A stretch of 55,629 nt of DNA from positions 1 through 55,629 of the forward strand of contig MWBE01000009.1 of NCBI GenBank assembly GCA_002068915.1. Direction: 5' to 3'. Below the pieces are notes generated by a model that saw only the letters and a program-made list of their open reading frames with translations, ran no database searches and was not told the DNA's origin. Both the position numbers and the translations under genes were made by a program. The stretch comes from Parcubacteria group bacterium ADurb.Bin326. Lineage in GTDB: Bacteria > Patescibacteriota > Patescibacteriia > 2-01-FULL-39-33. Shown here one piece after another: positions 16,938 through 26,588 of the stretch (the first letter of the stretch is position 1; each line of letters opens with the position of its first letter).

Positions 16938-17029
16938 GGATATATTATAACAGAATCAACGAAAAAATAAAAAGCGGAATTAAAATTTTTTTCCGCTCTT
17001 TATTTAATTGGATTATTTAACTGAAAAAA

Positions 17030-17797
17030 TTATTTTTTACCCATTTGGCCGAAAGCCTTAATGCCGTCCATTACTTCTACCGGTAGAGCAAAAATAACCG
17101 TCTTTGAAGGATCGGGATTAATTGCTTCAATCGTCTTAAGAGTACGCAAAGAAAGTCCGCCGGGAATATTTGATAGATTTTGAGCGGCTAAGGCAAGATT
17201 TTCTGAGGCCTTAAGTTCTCCTTCGGCGCGAATGATAACGGCGCGACGTTCACGCTCTGATTCGGCCTGCTTAGCCATGACACGCTTCATGTCAGCTGGC
17301 AATTCAATGTCCTGAATTTTGATGCTGGAGACATTGACGCCCCAAGCTCCTGTGGCTTCGGCCACGATTTTTTCTATCTCGTCAGCAATCTTATCGCGTT
17401 CTGCCAAGAGCGCATCTAATTCCACGCTACCGATAACATCGCGCAAAGCGGCTTGGGCATACTGTGATACGGCGGTTTTAAAATTCTGAATTTCAATCAC
17501 CACCATTTCCGCCCTAGAAACACGGAAATAAACCACGCCATTAATTCCTACCGGGACATTGTCTTTGGTAATAACCTCCTGTTGCGGAATATCGACAGTA
17601 AGAATTCTCATGTCGACTTTAGTCATCGTCTGAACGATAGGAATAATCCAAGTAAGGCCCGGATTACGCGTCCCGGTATAACGACCGAGAGTAAGAATGA
17701 CTCCCCTCTCGTATTGATTGATTATCCTGAGTCCGGGAATGACGATAAAAATTAATATCGCCACCAAAACCGAGATAATCAGAAATACTAGTTCCAT
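17030..17797 (-). CDS. SPFH/band-7 (stomatin/slipin-like) protein
   Basis: N-terminal TM, then VDMRILTVDIPQQEVITKDNVPV...AQAALRDVIG...AERER typical of SPFH. Confidence 0.85.
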   Translation of the reverse strand: MELVFLIISVLVAILIFIVIPGLRIINQYERGVILTLGRYTGTRNPGLTWIIPIVQTMTKVDMRILTVDIPQQEVITKDNVPVGINGVVYFRVSRAEMVVIEIQNFKTAVSQYAQAALRDVIGSVELDALLAERDKIADEIEKIVAEATGAWGVNVSSIKIQDIELPADMKRVMAKQAESERERRAVIIRAEGELKASENLALAAQNLSNIPGGLSLRTLKTIEAINPDPSKTVIFALPVEVMDGIKAFGQMGKK

Positions 17798-17833
17798 AGT
17801 TTTTTTTCTTAATTACTTTTTTAGTATATTAAA

Positions 17834-18943
17834 TTATTTGATTTCACGCAAAAAATTGCGAGCCAGTTCGCCCACGCCTCCGCCGGTCATAAAATCTTTC
17901 CAAACAACCACGATGTCAGCATCATTAAAAACCGCACTCTGAATTTCTTTGGAAGTATCTCCTCCCGCCACGGCAACCATAACATTAAAAGCCCCCTTAA
18001 TTTGCTTGATTTGGTAATAAGGCAACATTTTGCCTTTGCTAATCTCAGTCTCATCCACACCTCGATGCAAAATCACTACCTTGGGCATCGCTTTCAGTTT
18101 TTTCAAAACCAACAAGGGACTCTCCACGTTCATCATATCAACCATCGAATCTATTTGATTATTCTGACAGGCCGAAATAAAGTCCTCGATTGTTTCTATG
18201 GGGGCAACCCCTAAGCAGGTAGCCGCCGAAGCTCCGGCTGAAGCAAAATACTCAACCTCTCGTCTCGCCAAATCAGAGACCTTGATGTCGGCGACAATAT
18301 AGGCGTTGGGCATCAAGTAACGAATTTCCCTGACGGCGCGCGCGCCTTCTATTTTGATCAGTGGAGTACCCGCCTCAATGATAATTTTTTCAGAGGCCGG
18401 CAATTGGTCAACTACTTCTAGGGCATCAGACAACGAACCGTTTAGGGCTACTTGTAAATATTTGCGACGTCGATTCAATTCAACTCTGTTTGCAGAAAAA
18501 GACAACAACCTTCCCCAATATTCGGTCAGGGAAAGGGCTTGATTTTGAGTTGCTAAAGAAAATATGTCGGCTGGCTTAGAGTCGTCGGCGCTAACTTGGC
18601 CGACGTTGTTTTGCAATACTTCCCTGGTCTTCATTTCAACCGCCAAAACTTCTGAATCCAATTCTTCTTTGGTGTCACCGGAATAACCGGCTTCCTTCTT
18701 CTCTAAATTAATCTGCTGTTGTAACTGTTGTAATTTAGCGCCAATACCTTTTAATTCGGAGTACTTACCGTTGGACTTGCCGATAGCTAATATGATCAGT
18801 ATGAAAATAATAAAAGATATCAAGCTGGAAGCACCCTTGAAGCCGGGAATATTTTCCAAAACGGAGGAAATCAAAGGCAATACAAAAAATAATAAAATCA
18901 AAATTAAGCCAAGCGGATTGTTTTTATTGTTGGGAGCCGGCAT
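17834..18943 (-). CDS. membrane-anchored HPS/OMP-decarboxylase-family paralogue
   Basis: Two N-terminal TM helices, a coiled linker, then LQVALNG...IIEAGTPLIK...VADIKVSD...VDMMNV...ILHRGVDE...VAGG. This is alignable by eye to 3-hexulose-6-phosphate synthase. Confidence 0.6.
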   Translation of the reverse strand: MPAPNNKNNPLGLILILLFFVLPLISSVLENIPGFKGASSLISFIIFILIILAIGKSNGKYSELKGIGAKLQQLQQQINLEKKEAGYSGDTKEELDSEVLAVEMKTREVLQNNVGQVSADDSKPADIFSLATQNQALSLTEYWGRLLSFSANRVELNRRRKYLQVALNGSLSDALEVVDQLPASEKIIIEAGTPLIKIEGARAVREIRYLMPNAYIVADIKVSDLARREVEYFASAGASAATCLGVAPIETIEDFISACQNNQIDSMVDMMNVESPLLVLKKLKAMPKVVILHRGVDETEISKGKMLPYYQIKQIKGAFNVMVAVAGGDTSKEIQSAVFNDADIVVVWKDFMTGGGVGELARNFLREIK

Positions 18944-19610
18944 AACGTTTGATAGATGTCAAAAATTTCTGAGCCAATTGACCTGATTGCTCAGGTGACT
19001 GGAAAAACTCTTTCCAAACCACGGCAATATCGGCTCCGTTAAAAAAAGCTCTTTGCGCCTCACGCAAATCTTCGCCACCGGCGATTGAAATCATTATATT
19101 GTAAGCCCCTTTGATACGATTAATTTCGTGATAAGGAATCATTTTAGCTTTATTTGAAGCTTCATCAACCCCGCGATGCAAAACAACTATATCGGGTAAC
19201 TTTTTTAATTTTTGCAACACCTCAAAAGGAAAAGGAACATTCATCATGTCAACCATCGAATCTATTCCTAACTCCTTACACGTAGAAATGAAAGCATCGA
19301 TCGTTTCAATCGGCGCCAATCCTAAAACGGTAGCAGCACTGGCGCCGGCATCGCGAGCCATTTTAACCTCGGTAAAACCGCGATCCATGCACTTTAAATC
19401 GGCCACCAAATAGGCCTGGGAGCCGTTTTTTGACCTCCAGAGAGTAGCTAATTTAGAGAGTCCTGAATGGCCATACCTCTTAATAAAAGGCGTCCCAGCC
19501 TCAATTATGAGCCCAGGATGCCCTTCCAGACGGCCAATCATACTGGTCACCTCTGATAACGACCGATTAAAAGCAATCTGCAAATATTTTTTTCTACGAT
19601 CTAATTTCAT
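18924..19610 (-). CDS. HPS/OMP-decarboxylase-family protein (soluble paralogue)
   Basis: LQIAFNR...IIEAGTPFIK...VADLKCMD...VDMMNV...VLHRGVDE...IAGGE. Overlaps the next gene by 20 nt. Confidence 0.6.
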   Translation of the reverse strand: MKLDRRKKYLQIAFNRSLSEVTSMIGRLEGHPGLIIEAGTPFIKRYGHSGLSKLATLWRSKNGSQAYLVADLKCMDRGFTEVKMARDAGASAATVLGLAPIETIDAFISTCKELGIDSMVDMMNVPFPFEVLQKLKKLPDIVVLHRGVDEASNKAKMIPYHEINRIKGAYNIMISIAGGEDLREAQRAFFNGADIAVVWKEFFQSPEQSGQLAQKFLTSIKRYAGSQQ

Positions 19611-19616
19611 CTATGT

Positions 19617-20234
19617 TTAATAAACATTGAGGCAAGCCTTGGCCACTTCTTTATTTAAGGGAGGCTTGGCCGTCTTAAGTAATTGGTGCAAAAAGTTGTA
19701 ACTTTTTAATTCTTTTTCTGTAACATTTATCACTGCGCGACAAAGCTCAGTAGCCAACTGACGCTGACTGATTGATTTTATTTCCGGCTGATAACCCGAG
19801 CAAGATAATAATCCAAACAGCCCCCTGTTTAGTTTGGCAAGAGTCTCTCCCATACTTTTGGCGCAATCAATACCCTGAAAAAAATCTTCACTTATCTCAA
19901 AAACCTTGCGATCAGGAAAATCATTAATCATTAAATTATCCAAGGCTTCAGAAAAAAGCAAGGATACGGATGCCTTAGCTAAACTGCTTTTTATAGAGCG
20001 ATGACTATTGTCAATTCTAGCCCCGGCCACGCGATAAAAAACAGCGCTCTTAGCTAACATTAATTCGACGGAAGAAAAAATTTCCAAATGTGGAGATAGT
20101 TTGGAGGATACTTTTTTTGCCCCCTTGGCAATGGCGCTAATCTTGCCAAGATCACGGGTATAAATAACATATTGACGATCAAAATCGCCGCTATGCCCCC
20201 TTTTGATCACAATCCCTCGGGTAATGCAAGTCAT
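19617..20234 (-). CDS. recO: DNA repair protein RecO
   Basis: N-terminal OB-fold pattern GIVIKRGHSGDFDRQYVIYTRDLGKISAIAKGAKK. Size and position are typical. Confidence 0.75.
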   Translation of the reverse strand: MTCITRGIVIKRGHSGDFDRQYVIYTRDLGKISAIAKGAKKVSSKLSPHLEIFSSVELMLAKSAVFYRVAGARIDNSHRSIKSSLAKASVSLLFSEALDNLMINDFPDRKVFEISEDFFQGIDCAKSMGETLAKLNRGLFGLLSCSGYQPEIKSISQRQLATELCRAVINVTEKELKSYNFLHQLLKTAKPPLNKEVAKACLNVY

Positions 20235-20239
20235 GGCTC

Positions 20240-20629
20240 TTAGTTTAAACCATCAATATAATTTTGCAAAATCAACATGGCGGCCACATCATCATCCTTG
20301 CCTCCGGCTCCAAGTCTTTGCGCTGCTTGAGTGGAAAACCTTTCGTCATAAGGAATAATTTCCGTATCAATAAATCTTTCTTCCAGAGACTCGATAAATT
20401 GCCTCACTCTTTTTTCCTGAATTGAGGCGCTTTCATTTTGCGCATTAATCGGTACTCCGACAACAATCGATTCTACTCCTTCGGCCCTAATTATGTCCGA
20501 GAGGTCGGTAAATAGTTTTTGCCAATCCTTGCCACTGATAATTTTATATGGCAATGCTAACTTTGTTTCACTGTCTGCAATCGCTAATCCAACCTTAGAA
20601 TCTCCGTAATCAATTCCTAAATATTTCAT
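20240..20629 (-). CDS. ruvX: YqgF/RuvX putative pre-16S rRNA nuclease
   Basis: MKYLGIDYGDSKVGLAIAD... 129 aa. Confidence 0.88.
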   Translation of the reverse strand: MKYLGIDYGDSKVGLAIADSETKLALPYKIISGKDWQKLFTDLSDIIRAEGVESIVVGVPINAQNESASIQEKRVRQFIESLEERFIDTEIIPYDERFSTQAAQRLGAGGKDDDVAAMLILQNYIDGLN

Positions 20630-20630
20630 A

Positions 20631-21410
20631 TTATTGAGTTAGGATTTTATACCCATCCTTAGTGACAGCAATCGTATGCTCAAAATGGGCCGACAAAGAA
20701 CCATCGGCAGTGACTATTGTCCAGCCATCATCCAAAGTTTCTACGGGCCAATCACCAATATTAACCATCGGCTCTAATGCCAAAACCATGCCATCTTCAA
20801 GAACAACATCACGCACTCCGGGACTGGGCCATTGGTTGGGCACCTGGGGGTCTTCGTGCGCGGCAAAACCAACGCCGTGACCACAAAGCTGTTTGACTCC
20901 GGAAAAACCGTTACGCACAACTACGGCATCAATTGCTTTGGCAATGTCAGACAATTTCCTGCCGGGCTTAATTTTTTTTATGCCAGCCATTAACGCTTCT
21001 TTGGTAACTTTTAATAATTTTTTTACCTCGGGAGAAACTTTACCAATACCTACGCTTATCGCCATATCAGTATACAGGCCTTTATACTTTAGGCCACAAT
21101 CAAATCCGACAATGTCCCCTTCTTCCAAAACTCGAGAGTCATCGGGTATGCCATGAACCACTTCATCGTTGACTGAAACGCACAAAGCGGCCGGATAGAC
21201 GTGCTCTGCCCAAGCAGCTTTGTAGCCCTTAAAACTGGGGACGCCTCCGTATCCTTTTATCAATTTCTCCGCTAAAGCATTTAGTTCTCCGGTGGTTGTT
21301 CCTGGTTTGGCATTTCTAATAACTTCAGCCAAAACTTTAGACAAAATTTTTCCGCCCTCAGCCAAAATAGCTATTTGTTCTTCGGTCTTAAATTTGATCA
21401 TAATAAGCAT
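20631..21410 (-). CDS. map: type I methionine aminopeptidase
   Basis: VHGIP..D..GDIV..D...Y.G...D and HGVG..HE motifs. Confidence 0.93.
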   Translation of the reverse strand: MLIMIKFKTEEQIAILAEGGKILSKVLAEVIRNAKPGTTTGELNALAEKLIKGYGGVPSFKGYKAAWAEHVYPAALCVSVNDEVVHGIPDDSRVLEEGDIVGFDCGLKYKGLYTDMAISVGIGKVSPEVKKLLKVTKEALMAGIKKIKPGRKLSDIAKAIDAVVVRNGFSGVKQLCGHGVGFAAHEDPQVPNQWPSPGVRDVVLEDGMVLALEPMVNIGDWPVETLDDGWTIVTADGSLSAHFEHTIAVTKDGYKILTQ

Positions 21411-21441
21411 ATAATACCAGAAATCGAGGCTTATCGCAACA

Positions 21442-21470
21442 TTGACTAATTAACTTTTTACTGATAAAAA
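21442..21470 (+). promoter_or_regulatory. sigma-70-like promoter TTGACT-17-TAAAAA
   Basis: TTGACT 21442-21447, 17-nt spacer, TAAAAA 21465-21470. About 55 nt upstream of the orphan CDS. Confidence 0.5.
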
Positions 21471-21525
21471 GAAGCTATTGAATTGGGATTTAAATTCAGG
21501 ATCGCACCTTACGGAAAGGAGTCGA

Positions 21526-21792
21526 ATGATGCTAATGCAACCTCACCGCGAACATCGGGGACACCTGGACAAGCAGAGGCGGTCGCGCCTTGAGCGACTG
21601 TTAGCCGGCCACATTATTTTCTGTGGCGACCGTACCAAAACAGATGAGCGCGAAGTCGCCAGACTCAAACAGCGCACAACCAAGTGGCTTATTGACAACC
21701 ATTGGCCGGCATTGATTGAGGCCGAGGAAGATTTGGCGGTTGTCGCGAGAATACAAGAGAGCTTCGGCGACAGCCGCTTCAGAATCGGCTAA
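21526..21792 (+). CDS. GC-rich orphan hypothetical protein (88 aa), one of four plus-strand coding features in the window (with rpmB, the recombinase pseudogene and the ncRNA candidate)
   Basis: AAAGGAG 6 nt before ATGATG (21526). 40/60 and 32/60 G+C in lines 21541-21660. Own promoter and terminator. Confidence 0.55.
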   Translation: MMLMQPHREHRGHLDKQRRSRLERLLAGHIIFCGDRTKTDEREVARLKQRTTKWLIDNHWPALIEAEEDLAVVARIQESFGDSRFRIG

Positions 21793-21834
21793 CTCCCCCG
21801 ATCTATTCAAGTCTATTCAAGCAAAAACCTCGCA

Positions 21835-21877
21835 CAAAAAAGCCCCGGTCTTAACTGACTCGGGGCCTCATTTTTTT
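21835..21877. terminator. bidirectional terminator between the orphan gene (+) and adk (-)
   Basis: GCCCCG...CGGGGC stem flanked by A6 and T7 runs. Confidence 0.7.
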
Positions 21878-21883
21878 AAGGGT

Positions 21884-22561
21884 TTATTTCCAGCCAACTT
21901 TACTACGTAGATCATCAACCATCTGCCTAACAATCTGATAATAAACTTCTTCAATGTGTTGTTCACCGTCAATTTCTTTAAGCATTCCCTTGCTCCTATA
22001 ATACTCTACGATACTATCAGTCTCGCGATGATAAATATCCAACCTTGATTGGACTGTCTCCGGTTTGTCATCATCACGCTGGAATAATGGTTCGCCGCAA
22101 GTATCGCAGATTGTTGGATTTTTAGGCGGAGAATATTTCAAATGCCAAGTATGTCCGTTCTTGCAAACACGGCGTCCACTCATGCGCTCGATGATAATCT
22201 CGTCAGTAACTTTTATTAAGAAGACGTAATCAATATCGGCAGCAGAGTCTAAAAATTGCGCCTGCTCCAAAGTTCGAGGAAAACCATCCATGGCATAACC
22301 GAATTTGCAGTCCTCACCCTTGATCCTTTCTGCCACCAATTTATTAACTAACTCGGTTGGCACCAACTTGCCGTTATCCATATAATCTCTGACTTCGGCT
22401 GACATTGGATGACTGGTATCGGACTTAATAGCATGAAGTATTACTCCGGTAGAGATATGGGGAATGCTAAAAGTTTTTGCTACTAATTCGGTTTGTGTTC
22501 CCTTGCCGGAAACGGGCGGACCTAAAACGATTAACTCGAAAGGTTTTTCATTCTTGAACAT
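21884..22561 (-). CDS. adk: adenylate kinase (Zn-lid type)
   Basis: GPPVSGKGTQ P-loop. Lid CKNGHTWH...CDTCG. Confidence 0.93.
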   Translation of the reverse strand: MFKNEKPFELIVLGPPVSGKGTQTELVAKTFSIPHISTGVILHAIKSDTSHPMSAEVRDYMDNGKLVPTELVNKLVAERIKGEDCKFGYAMDGFPRTLEQAQFLDSAADIDYVFLIKVTDEIIIERMSGRRVCKNGHTWHLKYSPPKNPTICDTCGEPLFQRDDDKPETVQSRLDIYHRETDSIVEYYRSKGMLKEIDGEQHIEEVYYQIVRQMVDDLRSKVGWK

Positions 22562-22651
22562 AATTTATCTTTAATTATATGAATTAATTTTAACTCATTT
22601 CAGACAATTTTAAAAGGAGCGTTTCCGCTCCCTTTAAAGTCGTATTTGAAT

Positions 22652-23932
22652 TTATATTTCGTCGTAATCTCTCATGGCCAGCTGCGCATTGATTTGATTT
22701 ACCGTCTCGATAACCACAGAAACCACAATCAAAAGAGAAGTTCCTCCGACTACCAATGACTGCGTTCCTGTAAGCTGAGCGGTAATCAAAGGAAGTACGG
22801 CGATAGCACCCAAGAATAAGGCTCCGGGCAAAACTATGCGCACGACAATTTCTTGCAAATAATCAGCTGTTGATTTTCCCGGCCTAATTCCAGGAATAAA
22901 TCCTCCCTGCTTCTGCAAATTCTCAGCAATCTGATCAGGATGGAAAATTACGGCTGTATAAAAATAAGTAAAGGCAACTACCAACAAGAAATAAGAAACT
23001 CCGTAGAACAATTGATCAGCAAAAATACGGATAATCCATTGGGCGCCGGAGGCAATCCAAGGAGTTGATGCTTTCACAAATAATTGCGCCACTGTCGGGG
23101 GTATCAAGATAATAGAGATGGCAAAAATTATAGGAATAACTCCGCCTTGATTAACTCTGATCGGTAAGTGCGAAGACGACCCGCCGACCATGCGATTGCC
23201 ACGCATTTGTCTGGCATAAGAAACGGGTATATTGCGTTGACCCTCGGTTATAAATACCACCAAAGCTATGGTAGCGATGGCGATAACTCCAAAAATCAAC
23301 ATATTAATAATGTCGGACTGATTGTAGGTTGAAACCGTCCTTCCAATCATTGACGGCAGACCGGAAACGATTCCAGCAAAAATCAATAAAGAAATACCAT
23401 TGCCGATTTTCTTCTCCGAAATTAATTCTCCCAACCACATCATAAAAACTGTGCCGGCAGTAATGCTCACAACAGCAATTATCAAGTGCCACTGGGTAAA
23501 CCCGGCAAAGAGAGTGCTGGAACCCGGAGATTGTCTCAATAAAGCAATCATGCTAAGAGACTGGACGATTGCCAAAGGAACCGTCAACCACCTAGTCCAC
23601 ATGTTTATTTTATTGCGCCCATATTCCCCTTCTTTAGACAATTCCTCTAATGAAGGAACAACCATGGTAAGCAACTGAAAGATGATCGAAGCGGTAATAT
23701 AAGGAGCGACTCCAAGCATGACCACGGAGAAATTTTCCATTCCGCCGCCAGAGAAAATATTCATCAAGCCAAGAATCTGATTGTTGGCAAAAAAATTCTT
23801 CAACCCGGCAACGTCTACTCCTGGCAAAGGAATATGCGCGGCCACTCTGGCGATAGCCAACATCAATAAGACAAACAGGATATTATTCCTTAGGTCTTTC
23901 AACTTCCAGATTTGAAAGATTTTTTCAAACAT
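22652..23932 (-). CDS. secY: preprotein translocase subunit SecY
   Basis: 426 aa, 10-TM pattern, position between rplO and adk. Confidence 0.95.
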   Translation of the reverse strand: MFEKIFQIWKLKDLRNNILFVLLMLAIARVAAHIPLPGVDVAGLKNFFANNQILGLMNIFSGGGMENFSVVMLGVAPYITASIIFQLLTMVVPSLEELSKEGEYGRNKINMWTRWLTVPLAIVQSLSMIALLRQSPGSSTLFAGFTQWHLIIAVVSITAGTVFMMWLGELISEKKIGNGISLLIFAGIVSGLPSMIGRTVSTYNQSDIINMLIFGVIAIATIALVVFITEGQRNIPVSYARQMRGNRMVGGSSSHLPIRVNQGGVIPIIFAISIILIPPTVAQLFVKASTPWIASGAQWIIRIFADQLFYGVSYFLLVVAFTYFYTAVIFHPDQIAENLQKQGGFIPGIRPGKSTADYLQEIVVRIVLPGALFLGAIAVLPLITAQLTGTQSLVVGGTSLLIVVSVVIETVNQINAQLAMRDYDEI

Positions 23933-23989
23933 ATTTTTAAGGCCAAAGGCTGATCTCTTCTATTAAGAAAAACCTTCGAGCGTTAGAGA

Positions 23990-24427
23990 TTATTTAAGTT
24001 CTGCTTTGCCGCCAGCAGCTTCAATGGCAGACTTGGCGCTAGCAGAAAATCCGTCAGCAAAAACAGTAAGCTTCTTGGTAAGTTTTCCTGAGCCCAATAT
24101 TTTGTATTGCTTATTTCCTTTTTCAATCAATTTTTTCTGCGCTAACTTCTTGTAATCGATTATTTCTCCATTATCAAAATATTTTTCCAACAAAGAAATA
24201 TTGATTGCTGGGAGTTTAGGATGAATGGATCTAAAACCGCGAGCCTTAGGAGTCGATAAAAGCATTTGGCGCAAGCCCAAGGCTTTCAACCCGGAAACGC
24301 CGCTTCTAGAGCGCTGACCTTTCATGCCACGACCGGAATAAGTACCGCGCTTTCCTCCGCGACCGACTTCTTTACGTTTTTTGGTTGCTCCTTTTGCTGG
24401 GGCAATGTTTGATAAATTAACAGACAT
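23990..24427 (-). CDS. rplO: 50S ribosomal protein L15
   Basis: GRGGKRGTYSGRGMKGQRSRSG motif. Operon position. Confidence 0.95.
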   Translation of the reverse strand: MSVNLSNIAPAKGATKKRKEVGRGGKRGTYSGRGMKGQRSRSGVSGLKALGLRQMLLSTPKARGFRSIHPKLPAINISLLEKYFDNGEIIDYKKLAQKKLIEKGNKQYKILGSGKLTKKLTVFADGFSASAKSAIEAAGGKAELK

Positions 24428-24450
24428 ATTCGTCTAAATATTTAGGATCT

Positions 24451-24999
24451 TTATTTTTCTTCCTTTTTCTCTTTAGCAACCGGCTTTTCTTCCTTCTTTA
24501 AATCTTTCTTAGAAAATCTTGACTTCTTTAAAGAAGAGAGGGCCTGGAGAGTGGCTTTGATATTATTGATTTTATTATTGGTGCCAAATATCTTGGAAAC
24601 AATATTTTCAATGCCGGCCAATTCCAAAACGATACGGACTGCTCCACCAGAAATAATACCGGTACCAACGGGGGCGGGCTTCAAAAGAATTCTGGCAGAA
24701 CCAAATTTGGCCTTGACTTCGTGAGTGATAGTGCCCTCACGCAAGCCCACTTTAATCAAACTCTTCTCAGCCTGTTTGACTGCTTTCTGCACTGCCATTG
24801 GCACATCTTTAGCTTTGGCTACTCCGAGTCCGACGCGTCCTTTGCGGTCACCTATAACCACACAAGCGCGAAAACTCAAACGCTTGCCACCAGCCATGAC
24901 ACGGGTCACTCTGGAAATTTCGACGATGTTTTGTTCGAATTCCGGTTGCTCTCTCTTAGGAGCGCCCTTGAATCCTCTTTTTTTATCTTTGCCGATCAT
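24451..24999 (-). CDS. rpsE: 30S ribosomal protein S5
   Basis: ISRVTRVMAGGKRLSFRACVVIGD...GLGVAKAKDVP. Lys/Glu-rich C-terminal tail. Confidence 0.95.
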   Translation of the reverse strand: MIGKDKKRGFKGAPKREQPEFEQNIVEISRVTRVMAGGKRLSFRACVVIGDRKGRVGLGVAKAKDVPMAVQKAVKQAEKSLIKVGLREGTITHEVKAKFGSARILLKPAPVGTGIISGGAVRIVLELAGIENIVSKIFGTNNKINNIKATLQALSSLKKSRFSKKDLKKEEKPVAKEKKEEK

Positions 25000-25017
25000 A
25001 TTCTAATATTATATTGC

Positions 25018-25371
25018 TTAAATCTTTAATCCAGCTTCTCTAGCTCCTTCAGCCAAAGATTTTACCCTTCCATGATAACGAAAAGTTCCTCTGTCAAAAA
25101 CAGCTTCAGAAATTCCCTTCTCTTTGGCTCTGCTTCCCAATAATTTACCAACCTCAAAAGCCTTTTCGGTTTTGTTTTTTCCGGATTTGATTTCGGTGTC
25201 TTTGGCGCTAACCAAGGTCACTCCCTTTTCATCATTGATTAATTGGGCATAAACATGGGAAACGCTACGGTAAACGGAAAGTCTTGGTCTAGCTTCTGTA
25301 CCGCTAACCTTGGCTCTAACGCGTTTATGGCGTCTTTCCAATCTTTGATTTTTCTGCTTTGCTTTATTCAT
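25018..25371 (-). CDS. rplR: 50S ribosomal protein L18
   Basis: [27 protein letters not shown]. Confidence 0.95.
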   Translation of the reverse strand: MNKAKQKNQRLERRHKRVRAKVSGTEARPRLSVYRSVSHVYAQLINDEKGVTLVSAKDTEIKSGKNKTEKAFEVGKLLGSRAKEKGISEAVFDRGTFRYHGRVKSLAEGAREAGLKI

Positions 25372-25381
25372 AGGATTTCAA

Positions 25382-25927
25382 TTATTTGCCTTTAGCGGCA
25401 GCTTTTCCTGCTTTCCTGATAAACTGCTCTCCGACGTATTTAATACCCTTGCCCTTATAAGGCTCAACTTTCTTTATTTTTCTAATTTGTGCCGCCGTCT
25501 CTCCAACTAGTTGCTTATCTATTCCAGAAACAGTGATGACATTTCCTTCAACCGAAATTTCAGTGCCTTGAGGAATGGCAAATTCAACCGGATGAGAAAA
25601 TCCAACATTAAGGATTAAGTTTTTTCCTGAAACTGAGGCCTTCATTCCTACGCCGTTAATCTCCAATTTTTTGACAAACCCTTCAGTAACTCCAACAATC
25701 ATATTCTTAATTAAGCTACCAAAAAGTCCCCACAAAGCCCCTTGTGAACGGTCAGACTCGTCTTGGATTTTGACTACGACTGAATTTTCTGCCTTTTCAA
25801 CATTAACCAAGGGATGAATGACTTGGGTCAATACTCCCTTAGGTCCCTTTACTTCAATCATCGCGCCCTCTATTTTCACCTCGACTCCGGCGGGGATGGC
25901 GATGGGGTTTTTTCCTATTCTGGACAT
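25382..25927 (-). CDS. rplF: 50S ribosomal protein L6
   Basis: MSRIGKNPIAIPAGVEV. Confidence 0.95.
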   Translation of the reverse strand: MSRIGKNPIAIPAGVEVKIEGAMIEVKGPKGVLTQVIHPLVNVEKAENSVVVKIQDESDRSQGALWGLFGSLIKNMIVGVTEGFVKKLEINGVGMKASVSGKNLILNVGFSHPVEFAIPQGTEISVEGNVITVSGIDKQLVGETAAQIRKIKKVEPYKGKGIKYVGEQFIRKAGKAAAKGK

Positions 25928-25955
25928 ATTTTATAAAATCTTTATCTCAATATTT

Positions 25956-26354
25956 TTAGTAAATCTCACAAATAACTTCTCCTCCCAGACCAGCTTTTTT
26001 GGCTTGTCTGTTGGTCATAATTCCAGCGGAAGTAGAAATAATGGCAATACCATAATCATTGACTACTATAGGCAACTTTTCTTTGACTGCATAAACGCGG
26101 CGTCCCGGTTTGGAAATTTTCTTGATACCGGTAATAACGGACACCCCGTCTTCATATTTTAAAACCAAATTTAAACCGCCGAACTTATGTTCGTCATCTT
26201 TCTTGATTTCTTCAAAATCAGAAATAAAGCCTTCGCGCTTGAGTATTTTTGCGATTTCCAATTTCATTTTAGAAAAAGGAATAAAAACCTCCGCCTTTCT
26301 AATTTTGGCAGCGTTTCTGATTCTAGTAAGCATGTCTGCTATTGGATCTGTCAT
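25956..26354 (-). CDS. rpsH: 30S ribosomal protein S8
   Basis: MTDPIADMLTRIRNA. Confidence 0.95.
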   Translation of the reverse strand: MTDPIADMLTRIRNAAKIRKAEVFIPFSKMKLEIAKILKREGFISDFEEIKKDDEHKFGGLNLVLKYEDGVSVITGIKKISKPGRRVYAVKEKLPIVVNDYGIAIISTSAGIMTNRQAKKAGLGGEVICEIY

Positions 26355-26382
26355 ATACTAATTTTGTTTAGCTTGCTTTTAA

Positions 26383-26568
26383 TTACCAAGAAGACTTGGA
26401 TACTCCCGGAATCTGGCCGCTATTTGCCAGTTCGCGAAAACAGATTCGGCATAATTTAAAATCTCTCATGTAACCATGCCTTCTGCCGCAACGCCAGCAG
26501 CGGTTTACTTTCCTGGATAAGAACTTAGGAGCTCTCTTGGATTTGGCGATTTGTGCTTCTGTAGCCAT
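26383..26568 (-). CDS. rpsN: 30S ribosomal protein S14, short zinc-binding (type Z) form
   Basis: 61 aa, [20 protein letters not shown]. Confidence 0.95.
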   Translation of the reverse strand: MATEAQIAKSKRAPKFLSRKVNRCWRCGRRHGYMRDFKLCRICFRELANSGQIPGVSKSSW

Positions 26569-26588
26569 ATTATATCTTTAAAATGATA

